This document shows positions 23,001 to 31,216 of a stretch of DNA of 64,000 nucleotides, piece by piece. The notes under the pieces were generated by a model. The model searched no databases. It was given only the letters and a program-made list of their open reading frames with translations, and was not told the DNA's origin. How positions within the stretch are numbered: position 1 is the first letter of the stretch; each line of letters begins with the position of its first letter. Position numbers and translations under genes: made by a program. Location: positions 192,001 through 256,000 of the forward strand of contig CM000430.1 in NCBI GenBank assembly GCA_000165345.1. Reading direction: 5' to 3'.

Positions 23001-23252
23001 CAGAAAACAAAAAACGAAGATGATGATCAAGTTAATGAGGAGATAAAGATCAAAAATATAGAAAAGAGTGAATCTAAAGTTGAAATAGAAAATAGCCCTT
23101 TAAGTGATTCTTCTGATTATGAAATTTTTACCAAACAAAAACATTATAATTACGAAACAAGAAGCACAATGAAGTCTATCTTGGGATATTCAATATTGAT
23201 CAGTGTTTTTCTGTTCATAGTGTTCATTATTATGAAACTACTCCTGCTTTAA
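20061..23252 (+). CDS. Large secreted mucin-like glycoprotein (1063 aa): signal peptide, Cys-containing N-terminal domain, poly-acidic stretch, long Thr/Ser/Asn/Lys-rich low-complexity region, C-terminal hydrophobic GPI-anchor-type tail
   Basis: N-terminus MNKYLLIYHFFLQVVILLSINGISLG; DDDDLDDDFDDEFDSEDV; T/S/K/N/Q-rich repeats (TKTSKTSKRNTVKQTTTKTQAPT...); the extreme C-terminus SILGYSILISVFLFIVFIIMKLLLL has no cytoplasmic tail. Confidence 0.7.
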   Translation: MNKYLLIYHFFLQVVILLSINGISLGKESDLVDNEECENPEYLFPWGNDYLNSCLSFQCHRVREHKSWYRFWEKKPKYVHKNINGSERVIQCSDCEGFLKKGALFGGMSICTPIEFGGSFDIPKGWVSIATASLQLNKEIKNKSSIKLIPDNWRIDGQTKKTTLDLSACSTSDDSEVALSILVTLSNIAEPSRKSSKYRRILGLHDDSINVRIKTLGVDMGDSADGFDDDDLDDDFDDEFDSEDVQQSMQPDNGYNEYFLYDMNKLASTQHRVPRDNPSKGKKNKRKVRKQKPFTGAEKLPRKWKLSKGHASIYSSSDVVRLDLASDIHPNELVQVILTCNNKYMNCNIQDFVSCFNILCRSVTKEELIRRAALMKAKRFISNSIISGQVVPKMAYNGMPFQPGFPPAIPGPFNGQFQYPHANNIVNGNFIQRNSTLPIQGVSSVGANYIQNRGKNGIVMVNNGVGKPAEVSNQANVFVGNNDGVQNVNINTNTKTAGISNISLQQPPANVKTSQSTAASKGIQIIFVPAQSQTNAHCQSQTNMVNVNKAVTKSSLKQKKQKTFISQNIIPKENTNIPNQINNPQIPTPKQSKSQINQIGVYGPANHTVVTSYNSNVLNTDIYQTSSEKNLESQPTTVCILAMEPKSESKVNVASSNTIQPVEQTQFSNVKQDVTVVFNPINTVTKTSKTSKRNTVKQTTTKTQAPTLNILLVPSKTVKRKNNFKKVSKVSKNEVKHANKTVDIILLNSNLNHKPKKAVDKSNSDYMALNTNNVLKPPKIITGKITYKLPKKIKKSSKSTKPEFNIIDTIVLEKVDNKEPRNKIEKLVPVDSSSLSDENILLSDSEISSQYISSSQKKHSRQSHSSRSKNKAHRKKSIKVISREDGATENVLLDSNKHISNSDNKASSVKVEKYILHPVGTSESSEDSESFSEYEFGSEEIGYLSDEDFSALILKKVKDDSAKSDKSVKTESNSKVSIQSQKTKNEDDDQVNEEIKIKNIEKSESKVEIENSPLSDSSDYEIFTKQKHYNYETRSTMKSILGYSILISVFLFIVFIIMKLLLL

Positions 23253-23670
23253 TTACTCAGAGAATTTAATTTTTAGTTCTGGCGGGAAACGAGTGTAATT
23301 TAATCAAATGTTTATTGATACTTCACGGACGTTAAGTTTTTTTTTAATTTATCCATCATTAACACATTTTAACTAGTAAGTCTAAGAATGAAGAGTCAGA
23401 AATTATGCTTTAGTTTTTTAGATTTATTTTAATTCAATTATTATTTCATTAGAGTAGGTATTTAGGTATTTTTAAGGATTTTTTCATGATTTCCGTTTTC
23501 CGGATATATGCCATATTCTCAGTAAATAATAACTTAAACCTAGTAGGGATAAATTAGTAACTTGGATTTATTATAGAAAACGAAACATGGCAAAACTTAT
23601 TTGTTTTATAACTATTGCAATAATATTGAGATTTTTCTTCCAAACAAATGAATTTTCTGTCAAATTGTGG

Positions 23671-23682
23671 TTGGCGCCAAGT
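23671..23682. promoter_or_regulatory. E2F-like palindrome TTGGCGCCAAG ~115 nt upstream of the gene at 23796
   Basis: ggttggcgccaagttg; a second GGCGGGAAAC at 23281-23290 lies just downstream of the mucin gene stop. Confidence 0.4.
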
Positions 23683-23795
23683 TGTCTTTTGAGATAAATA
23701 ACAGAAATTATTCAAGGAATTCAAAAGTATTGTAAACCAGACAGATGATGAATACATTATGATAGTAAAGAAGGCACACATTGTTTTAGTTTAAA

Positions 23796-25109
23796 ATGAT
23801 AGTAGATTTAGAATTATATCCTAAACAGTCACTCAGATTATTATTGTTTATTAATGAGCAAGAAAAACAAAGTAAGAAAAGTACAAAATTTCTGGAATAC
23901 TGTAATGAAGAGGAAGTAAAAGAATTCCAATATTTGGATGAAGAAGATAGAATAATTATATCTGAGAGCTTCAGGGAAGTGGTGAGAGCTGAAATTAGAG
24001 AGTATATTGATTTATACATGGAGCAGTACCAAGAACCATTAAATGATAAAGAAGCTTTGGATATTAATGAAAAGCAATATACAGTTTACGGGAATTTTCA
24101 ACTCTTCAATGAACAAAAAGACACTATTTTATGGGACCTACTAACATTATTGATATACCTAGATAGCATGAATCCACAAATATGGGATAGAAGGGCAGTA
24201 TTAATAGGAGAATTATTACAAAGAATAGGATTGGAATCTGAATATATGAGATTCTTAAGCAGTGAGTTAAATCTTACAAAGCTCGCACTATGTCATACCT
24301 TTAAGTATGGGGAAATCTGGAGTTATTTGGAGTACATATTAACTGAATACTATGAAAGAATTAAAGGAAACGAGTTTAAAAGTTTGAATAATGATGAAAT
24401 TATCAATTATGTTTTAAAAGATAATTTTGAGTTTATTTGTCTACAGATAGACTCCTATGAACACAACTACCATGCTTGGAGTTTAGTTAATTGGTTAATT
24501 TATGAATTAATCCCTACAATAATTTCATCAGATGATTCAAATAAGCCTTATAAATACAATGAAATCAGGATGATCGAAAGTTGGGTAATCAAATTATTAC
24601 AAAGACATCCATCTCATTATGGAGGTTACCATGCGCTTGTGAATCTGAATGAAAGCAAAATTAATTCACAAAGTAAATCAAATAAGCTCGAAGTATGCAC
24701 AGTAATAGGGTTAGTGTACCCAGAAGAAATTATTAATATGCTTAGAGTTATTATTGAGTGTTTTGATCATCATCTTATTAACTGTTTCTCAGTAATTCTA
24801 GGCTTCAGATATGCTAATTTCATGCTTTTGATTGATTCAGTAGATGAAAGATCTCATCTTGAAATTTTTGAAAACGAAATAATGTGGTTTCAAAAACAAG
24901 ATTTGGTTGAAAAAATGTCCAAGAGTCCGAAACATCTTGAAGAATTGAGAGAACACTTTTACTCCATTTTATCAGAGATATCAAGCTATAATTATAATAA
25001 AAGCATTATACAAAAATTCTACGACCTATTAGATTCAGAAATACAAATAATAAGGCAAGAATCAACGCTGTTTTACAATAGTGATTGTTCCTATAAAGGA
25101 CTGGTTTGA
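23796..25109 (+). CDS. Hypothetical helical-repeat protein; possible protein prenyltransferase alpha-subunit-like (PPTA) repeats
   Basis: Trp-centred repeat motifs NPQIWDRRAVLIGEL and HNYHAWSLVNWLIYEL resemble the PPTA N(Y)HAW..R.W(V/L) signature; otherwise no strong match. Confidence 0.45.
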   Translation: MIVDLELYPKQSLRLLLFINEQEKQSKKSTKFLEYCNEEEVKEFQYLDEEDRIIISESFREVVRAEIREYIDLYMEQYQEPLNDKEALDINEKQYTVYGNFQLFNEQKDTILWDLLTLLIYLDSMNPQIWDRRAVLIGELLQRIGLESEYMRFLSSELNLTKLALCHTFKYGEIWSYLEYILTEYYERIKGNEFKSLNNDEIINYVLKDNFEFICLQIDSYEHNYHAWSLVNWLIYELIPTIISSDDSNKPYKYNEIRMIESWVIKLLQRHPSHYGGYHALVNLNESKINSQSKSNKLEVCTVIGLVYPEEIINMLRVIIECFDHHLINCFSVILGFRYANFMLLIDSVDERSHLEIFENEIMWFQKQDLVEKMSKSPKHLEELREHFYSILSEISSYNYNKSIIQKFYDLLDSEIQIIRQESTLFYNSDCSYKGLV

Positions 25110-25322
25110 GCTATTCACACTAAATTTTTCCCACAACTAATCAATTGATTGCTAATTTAACAAGGTTATAATTTATACTATTTGGCGCCATTTGCCCACA
25201 ATATTAAATACCACATGTAATATAAATTAATCTTGAAGTTAAAGGAAAAATTAGAAAGCAGATGTTCTAGAATACTGAAGTAGTACTCAAGGGTGTAATT
25301 TGTAGGTAATTTATTCACTAAA

Positions 25323-27155
25323 ATGGCAGATACTCACTATCCAAATGGAAGCTTTGAAGAATATGAAGAAGAGAGCGTATATGAAATGGATAGATTAAAT
25401 ATTAATGATGAGTATATTGATGAACAAGGCGCAGAACATAATACTTCTGCATGCGCTACTAATTTGGGACTGTATAACTTTGACAGCGAGGATGATGAGA
25501 TATCAAGAGAAATTTATAAAGGATATGGAATAAAAAATGAGACAGATGGCTCAGTTACTGAAACTGAAAGAACAATCCATGAAAATGAAAATGAGAAAGA
25601 AAGTCAATTGAAAACACCACCAAAAAGACCATTTTTAAGGAAGGGAGAAGGTAAGTCCTTGGTAATAAGTAACTCAAGAAAAGCAAATGGAGAATCTATT
25701 TCTAGAAGAAGTTCCCAAATTAGGTCGAACGCAGCAGCCAAGATTGTTCCGAGCTCAGCTCCTTCCAGAAGGTTTATACGTTCAAACAAGTCAGTTGTGC
25801 CAGAAGCAGGTAGAAACAGCAAACTAGACTCGTTATTATTGGGAATTGAAAGCTCAAATTTGACCACCGAGAGTGGGGTGGAAGGATTTGAAATCTTCGA
25901 TGCTGAAGAAGAGTTTCTAGGGATTGACTGGGGCAAAGAACAGAATATTGTCAATGCAAAAAGTAATAGGGATGAGAAAATTAAGGGAAATATTACAGAA
26001 AAGGACCAAGAAAAAGACTATGACAAATTGATTCAACAAAAGTTGGATTTACTTGATGAGAAGATGGAATATATACATGAGACACACGAGGAAATGCTTA
26101 AGAAAAAGACTTTGTTGGCCAGAGAAAGAAAACTTCTTGAAAGCCAAAAAGTGACTTTTGAAAAAGAGTTGAGGGCTAAGTTTGAAAAGAGTAAGCAAGA
26201 AATAGAATCAGAAAAACGACGTTTGGAAAGAGAAAATAACAAGCTAACCAAGGATAAGATTGCCTTGAGCGATCAGGTAACTCGTTTAAAGATGACAATC
26301 AAGGCAAAAGACGCTGAGATCAATCGACTCACTAAAGAAATTACAATGATGGAGAAGAAAGAAAAAGAGAGAGAAAGTATGCAAAATAGAATCCCTATAG
26401 GAAAGAAAGAAAGCTCATCTGAAAGTGTGGAAAAGAAACGAGCTGTTAATCTGAGAGCTAATAATCAGAAAAATGGAGAATTTGAAAGAGCCAGACTTGC
26501 AGGAAACACCGGTATTACTACATTGACTACCAATTTGCAGACGACTACATCAATTTCTTCCAACTCTTCAGGTTCATTTATAGATCGGGATTTAGTTATT
26601 GAAGAACAATTGGCAGCCTTTGACTTTGAAAAGGAATTGGATTTACTATATGGAATCTTAAGTACTTGCTTTGAGTTTGTAAGTGAAGGGGAAGACTTCA
26701 CAACTTTACCAGGTATTCCTGAAGACGTAGGGAGACCATGGTGTGATATTGAAAAGCCGTATAAAGTTCAGAAAGACGACGATTTGAGAACTATTACCTA
26801 TAAGTTCCCTAGTGGACTTGTTGAAATTGTATTTTATGATGAGCAAGAGGATTCTGTTTGTCCAAAAAACACAAGAAAGTTACTTTGGACTCATCTTGGT
26901 TGGTGTATTCTAGTTTATCCAAATGGAGATATTAAAGCAATCAAACCTGACAAAAATATTACTTACCATTATGTTGAAAAAGATATTGTAAAATGCGTAG
27001 TAAGTACTATGGATCTATTGAACTATGATGGAGAAACAACTAAGCTACATTTTAGCAAGTTTTTCTCTCTTGGGCAGTTGCAATGTGTCGATCCTGAGAC
27101 TAGAAAAACATACATAATTCATTCCGATATGTCTAAGCAAATCCTTAATGGTTGA
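25323..27155 (+). CDS. Coiled-coil protein with a C-terminal beta-rich region resembling the G-box (TCP10_C) repeat of CPAP/SAS-4
   Basis: Central heptad-rich region (KKKTLLARERKLLESQK...EKRRLERENNKLTKDK); C-terminal YKFPSGLVEIVFYDEQ...LVYPNGDIKAIKPDKNITYHY...NYDGETTKLHF follows the FPDGT/YPNG G-box periodicity. Confidence 0.55.
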   Translation: MADTHYPNGSFEEYEEESVYEMDRLNINDEYIDEQGAEHNTSACATNLGLYNFDSEDDEISREIYKGYGIKNETDGSVTETERTIHENENEKESQLKTPPKRPFLRKGEGKSLVISNSRKANGESISRRSSQIRSNAAAKIVPSSAPSRRFIRSNKSVVPEAGRNSKLDSLLLGIESSNLTTESGVEGFEIFDAEEEFLGIDWGKEQNIVNAKSNRDEKIKGNITEKDQEKDYDKLIQQKLDLLDEKMEYIHETHEEMLKKKTLLARERKLLESQKVTFEKELRAKFEKSKQEIESEKRRLERENNKLTKDKIALSDQVTRLKMTIKAKDAEINRLTKEITMMEKKEKERESMQNRIPIGKKESSSESVEKKRAVNLRANNQKNGEFERARLAGNTGITTLTTNLQTTTSISSNSSGSFIDRDLVIEEQLAAFDFEKELDLLYGILSTCFEFVSEGEDFTTLPGIPEDVGRPWCDIEKPYKVQKDDDLRTITYKFPSGLVEIVFYDEQEDSVCPKNTRKLLWTHLGWCILVYPNGDIKAIKPDKNITYHYVEKDIVKCVVSTMDLLNYDGETTKLHFSKFFSLGQLQCVDPETRKTYIIHSDMSKQILNG

Positions 27156-27256
27156 TTGGGATCTGGAAATTACCATGAAACAATTTAGTCATTAGTTATT
27201 AATTAGAATTTTCTTATTTTGTAAATATTAATATAGTTTTCAAGATATAACTAGAA

Positions 27257-29566
27257 CTAAACTAAGCTTTTCTCTAATTGAATTGTATAATGGTTTTGTA
27301 GGTGACTGGATTCCTCAAAGTCTGATATAGTTCTCCAAATACAAATTGGAAGCCTGTTAAATTTGATAATAGATTCACTGAGCTCACTATTAAGTTTAGG
27401 TAATTCAATGGAATTTACTCTATTAAGACTGAGAATCGCCCTTTCACACCCTCCTTTTGTCCCATGAGACGAAATCTCTATTTGATTTGGTTGATTTGAT
27501 GAGACAATTTGAGTAATCATTGTCTTATTGAAAATGGGTGTCAAAAAGATGGTAGGTTGAGCTTCTTGGATGTTCTGGTCTGAATAGTATTTGATTGTAG
27601 ATCTAATTAACTTCTTTGAAATGTCCCAGGAACAATTATAAGTTTTAAGTATATTCGATATATAACATACAGGAATAAGTTTCTTTAGTCTTCCAAGTAG
27701 CTCCTTATTATTTTGATGTAATTCTATCAAATTAAACTCTTCCAAAAACTTCTTAGATTTTGAATACAAGCCGTTCAAGTGCCAGTCAAAACTAGTATCA
27801 TCAATTAAGGGTTCACTTTTTCTAACATGCATTTTCATATCTGCTATTATACTTTCAAAGCCTATTTCCATTAGTATAAACTTTAAAGCTTTGATTTCTC
27901 CAAAATATTTCTTCTTTATTGATTCCCATTGAGAATATTTTTCTTTTAAATCAGAATCTTCATTTTCTGGAGAGTTTTCGTATCTCCGTCCTAAGTGTTG
28001 AGTTTCTTTGTAAATTTCGATTGCAATCCTTATAAGTTGAGAAAAAATTGTTGTATTGTCATTTCTTACTTGAGGGATAAATCTATTCTCGTAAAGTTGT
28101 TGAGTGGAAGATTTCTCCAGTTCATCAAGCAAAAGCAAAACTATTTTGAAGATGAGATTTTCGTCTCTAATACTCACAAGAAAGCTCCAAAGTAAATCCG
28201 TATAATCAGCATCAATCCTTGAACTGGAAGAGCCTTTCAACTCAAATTTATCATTTTCCACGTATGTATTAGCTTCATTATCTTGTTGTTTTGAATCAAA
28301 ATGTTCCATTATGGAGTACCCCCACATTTTGGAAAGACTTCTAATAAATTTGAAAGAGATAATTTGCAACTCTTTCTTTTCAAATTCGGTACTTGGGTTA
28401 GATGAACAATGATTTTGTAGAGTGGTATCTTTGAAATCGGAGCTGGAGTTAATTAACAGTTCCAAAAAGTTAATTCCTTCAATAATTGATACAAGAGACG
28501 GATCTTTGATTTGGTTGATGTCAATTTTCAGAAAAATTAATCCTTCATCTATACTTGAAGGATTGAGCTTTGGTATATTTGGGTATAAGACATCGTCGAT
28601 TCCCAAATTCCATCTTACAAAGAGTGAAAAACAGGTTCCAGAGAATGTATTAATACATTTTAGCCTATTAAGTTTGTTGTATAGAATGGTTTCATCATTA
28701 AGAAGAGGGTAGTTTTCCTTATTACTATTCTCATAGTAGTCACTATTATTAATTTCTGAATAAATGTCAAATCTGGAGACTGCAGAATAAGCACTTTGAT
28801 CTGAAGGTTGCGAAGAAGAGTCAGTAACTTTGCTTGGAATGATCTCATTGATTACAATTTTGTCACAAGAAGATTCCCGGTTTTCAAGTTTTGTTAATAA
28901 TCCAGTTGGATTACAAACCATATACACATTAAACTCGCAAGTTCCATCTTCTTCATTTGGATCCAATATTATATATGACACCAAACCTCTCTGTGTGGGT
29001 CCTATTTCTACTCCTAGTTGTTCTTGTTCAACATAAAATACCATTCTAGAATTCAGTTTTACTTGTTTAATAACCATAATATATAAAAGATCCCTAACAG
29101 CCTTAAAACTTAGAGGAATAAGGTTCGATTCCAGAACGATGTACTTATACTTAATATTAAAAATGATAACCTCTTTTGATATATCCTCACATTGTTCTAC
29201 GTTAGAATTGATGCCAAGAAATTGACTATAATGCTTTAATAGTCCAAGGAGGCAGTTTCTATTCATAGGAGAATTAATATCTTGACAAATACAAAGTTTT
29301 ATAGAATCAAAATCTGGATGGTCAAAAATTCTGGTTCGGAGAGATCTCACAACAGTTTGTTGCAGTTCTGGGTTCATATCTTCTTCTTGTTGAATATCTT
29401 TAAACTGTGAAATTAAAAGGAAACCCCCAGGAAACCTATTATTCAAAGAATGAAAGTTCTCATCTCTCGTGTCCAATATTAACAAATTTCCCAGTATTCC
29501 CGTCAAGTTTCCCGTATTTTCTGAAGCAAGTTCATTTAACTTGAGTAACTCGTCATAGAAGTCCAT
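27257..29566 (-). CDS. Hypothetical conserved protein (769 aa), no recognisable domain
   Basis: ATG confirmed at 29564-29566; long uninterrupted ORF with mixed alpha/beta composition; not low-complexity. Confidence 0.55.
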   Translation of the reverse strand: MDFYDELLKLNELASENTGNLTGILGNLLILDTRDENFHSLNNRFPGGFLLISQFKDIQQEEDMNPELQQTVVRSLRTRIFDHPDFDSIKLCICQDINSPMNRNCLLGLLKHYSQFLGINSNVEQCEDISKEVIIFNIKYKYIVLESNLIPLSFKAVRDLLYIMVIKQVKLNSRMVFYVEQEQLGVEIGPTQRGLVSYIILDPNEEDGTCEFNVYMVCNPTGLLTKLENRESSCDKIVINEIIPSKVTDSSSQPSDQSAYSAVSRFDIYSEINNSDYYENSNKENYPLLNDETILYNKLNRLKCINTFSGTCFSLFVRWNLGIDDVLYPNIPKLNPSSIDEGLIFLKIDINQIKDPSLVSIIEGINFLELLINSSSDFKDTTLQNHCSSNPSTEFEKKELQIISFKFIRSLSKMWGYSIMEHFDSKQQDNEANTYVENDKFELKGSSSSRIDADYTDLLWSFLVSIRDENLIFKIVLLLLDELEKSSTQQLYENRFIPQVRNDNTTIFSQLIRIAIEIYKETQHLGRRYENSPENEDSDLKEKYSQWESIKKKYFGEIKALKFILMEIGFESIIADMKMHVRKSEPLIDDTSFDWHLNGLYSKSKKFLEEFNLIELHQNNKELLGRLKKLIPVCYISNILKTYNCSWDISKKLIRSTIKYYSDQNIQEAQPTIFLTPIFNKTMITQIVSSNQPNQIEISSHGTKGGCERAILSLNRVNSIELPKLNSELSESIIKFNRLPICIWRTISDFEESSHLQNHYTIQLEKSLV

Positions 29567-30079
29567 TTTAATCTAAGGCTCCCTTTTATAAATTCTTGAA
29601 TGTCACTGATTACACTATTTCTTTTGAATCTAATTACAATCTAGATAATCTCATTTTATCAAAATTTATCCCCTTTTGTTACTTCCAGTAATTATCCCTT
29701 TCACACAAATTTTTTTTGATTATTTTCTGGTTATTTAAACATATATTAATTTATTAGCGCATTATTATACAAATATTGGCGCTAAAAAAAGTACCGTATT
29801 ATTTTGACCAGGAAAAAAGCAAGGACAAAAAGAATAGGGAATAGGAATACTTGATTCAAAAAAAGTTTAAAGTTTTCTTGGACTAGAGCTTCGAAATTCG
29901 GATTTAGGACTGAATGTCTCTTAGGAGTTTGACTGCTCTTTAGTCTAGAGGGATCCAGAGGAAAACACAAAAGGTAGTCGTTTTTAGAGCTGAATAGTTT
30001 ACCAACGGAAAGGTAGCAAACAACCATCTATCTGGATTCTTAATACTTATAAGACAGAGTTAGGTGTATTTTAATAATC

Positions 30080-30697
30080 ATGGACAGTAGTGATAACCGA
30101 TTTTTTCGAGCAAGGAGGACGCTTTGTGAGATGCTAGAGGATAGGGGGTACATTGTTTCAAGCCAAGATAAAGAGGAAGACTTTTCAACCTTTAAGGAAA
30201 GGTTCGAGTCTCATCAACGCTTGAGGTCGAGGATGCTGATGGTTGCTTCCCATAGACAGGACCAAACTAAGCGAATTATTTGTTATTTTGCAGATGAATC
30301 AAAGAAAACCGGAGTCAAGCCAATTAGAGATATTGTAGAAAAGATGGATGAGCATGCGATACAACGAGCAATACTTATTTCTCAAAATGTATTGACAGCT
30401 CATGCTAAAGTGGCCATACTAGATGCTGCTCCGAAACATTATATTGAGAGCTTTTTGGAAAACGAGCTTTTGGTTAATATTACTAAGCATGAGTTAGTTC
30501 CTAAGCATATTTTATTATCAGACGACGAAAAGCTTCAACTTTTGGATAGATATAAAATCAAAGAAACTCAACTACCAAGGATCCAATATGCTGATCCAGT
30601 TGCTCGCTATTTTGGTTTGGCTAAAGGCCAAGTCGTCAAAATCATTCGTCCTTCAGAAACTGCTGGTAGATATGTCACTTATAGGTTGGTAGTATAG
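30080..30697 (+). CDS. RPB5: DNA-directed RNA polymerases I/II/III subunit RPABC1 (RPB5)
   Basis: The C-terminus [41 protein letters not shown] is near-identical to human POLR2[41 protein letters not shown]. Confidence 0.93.
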   Translation: MDSSDNRFFRARRTLCEMLEDRGYIVSSQDKEEDFSTFKERFESHQRLRSRMLMVASHRQDQTKRIICYFADESKKTGVKPIRDIVEKMDEHAIQRAILISQNVLTAHAKVAILDAAPKHYIESFLENELLVNITKHELVPKHILLSDDEKLQLLDRYKIKETQLPRIQYADPVARYFGLAKGQVVKIIRPSETAGRYVTYRLVV

Positions 30698-31216
30698 AGG
30701 TGGGTTCTATTTACAAGCAGCTCCAGTTTCTATTAATTAGTACTATACAACAATAGCTAGTAGAAATGATGGATAGACTAGTAGCTACGCTAGAGAACTA
30801 ACATCTATTTGTCACTAACAATCCTGAAAACAAACATTCTCTTCACTCTATTCTCTCCCACACCTAACCTAACAAAGAAAAACAAAGGGATCAAGTTATG
30901 CATCCATTATCTTAAATCCTATGTTAATTATCTAAGTAATACAAAATCTTTTGGGCTAAAGATCCCCAAATACTAACGCCAAGTGTTAACAAAAATGGTA
31001 TTCAAAGTAAAATACCCATAAGTAAACTTGCATTGTTATTAAAACTTCGAGTTCGCTTTATTCAAGAGAAATGTAATTCTTTTTGAAATCCAAACAATAG
31101 TTGAGTTTCAATTAAAAATATAGCAAGAGTAAATTCAAGTCATATTTTTAAAAGTACTTGAGCTTGCATAACAGCATAAAATACCGTCTATCGTCATCTA
31201 TTTTTACTTTTCACGA

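Noticed and set aside
30863-30873. CCTAACCTAAC, resembling two telomeric TTAGG repeats (reverse strand) and briefly considered as a telomerase-RNA template
   Set aside because: It has only two units, does not match the TTTAGG-type repeat expected for this lineage, and has no flanking structure. It is most likely chance in a 3' UTR
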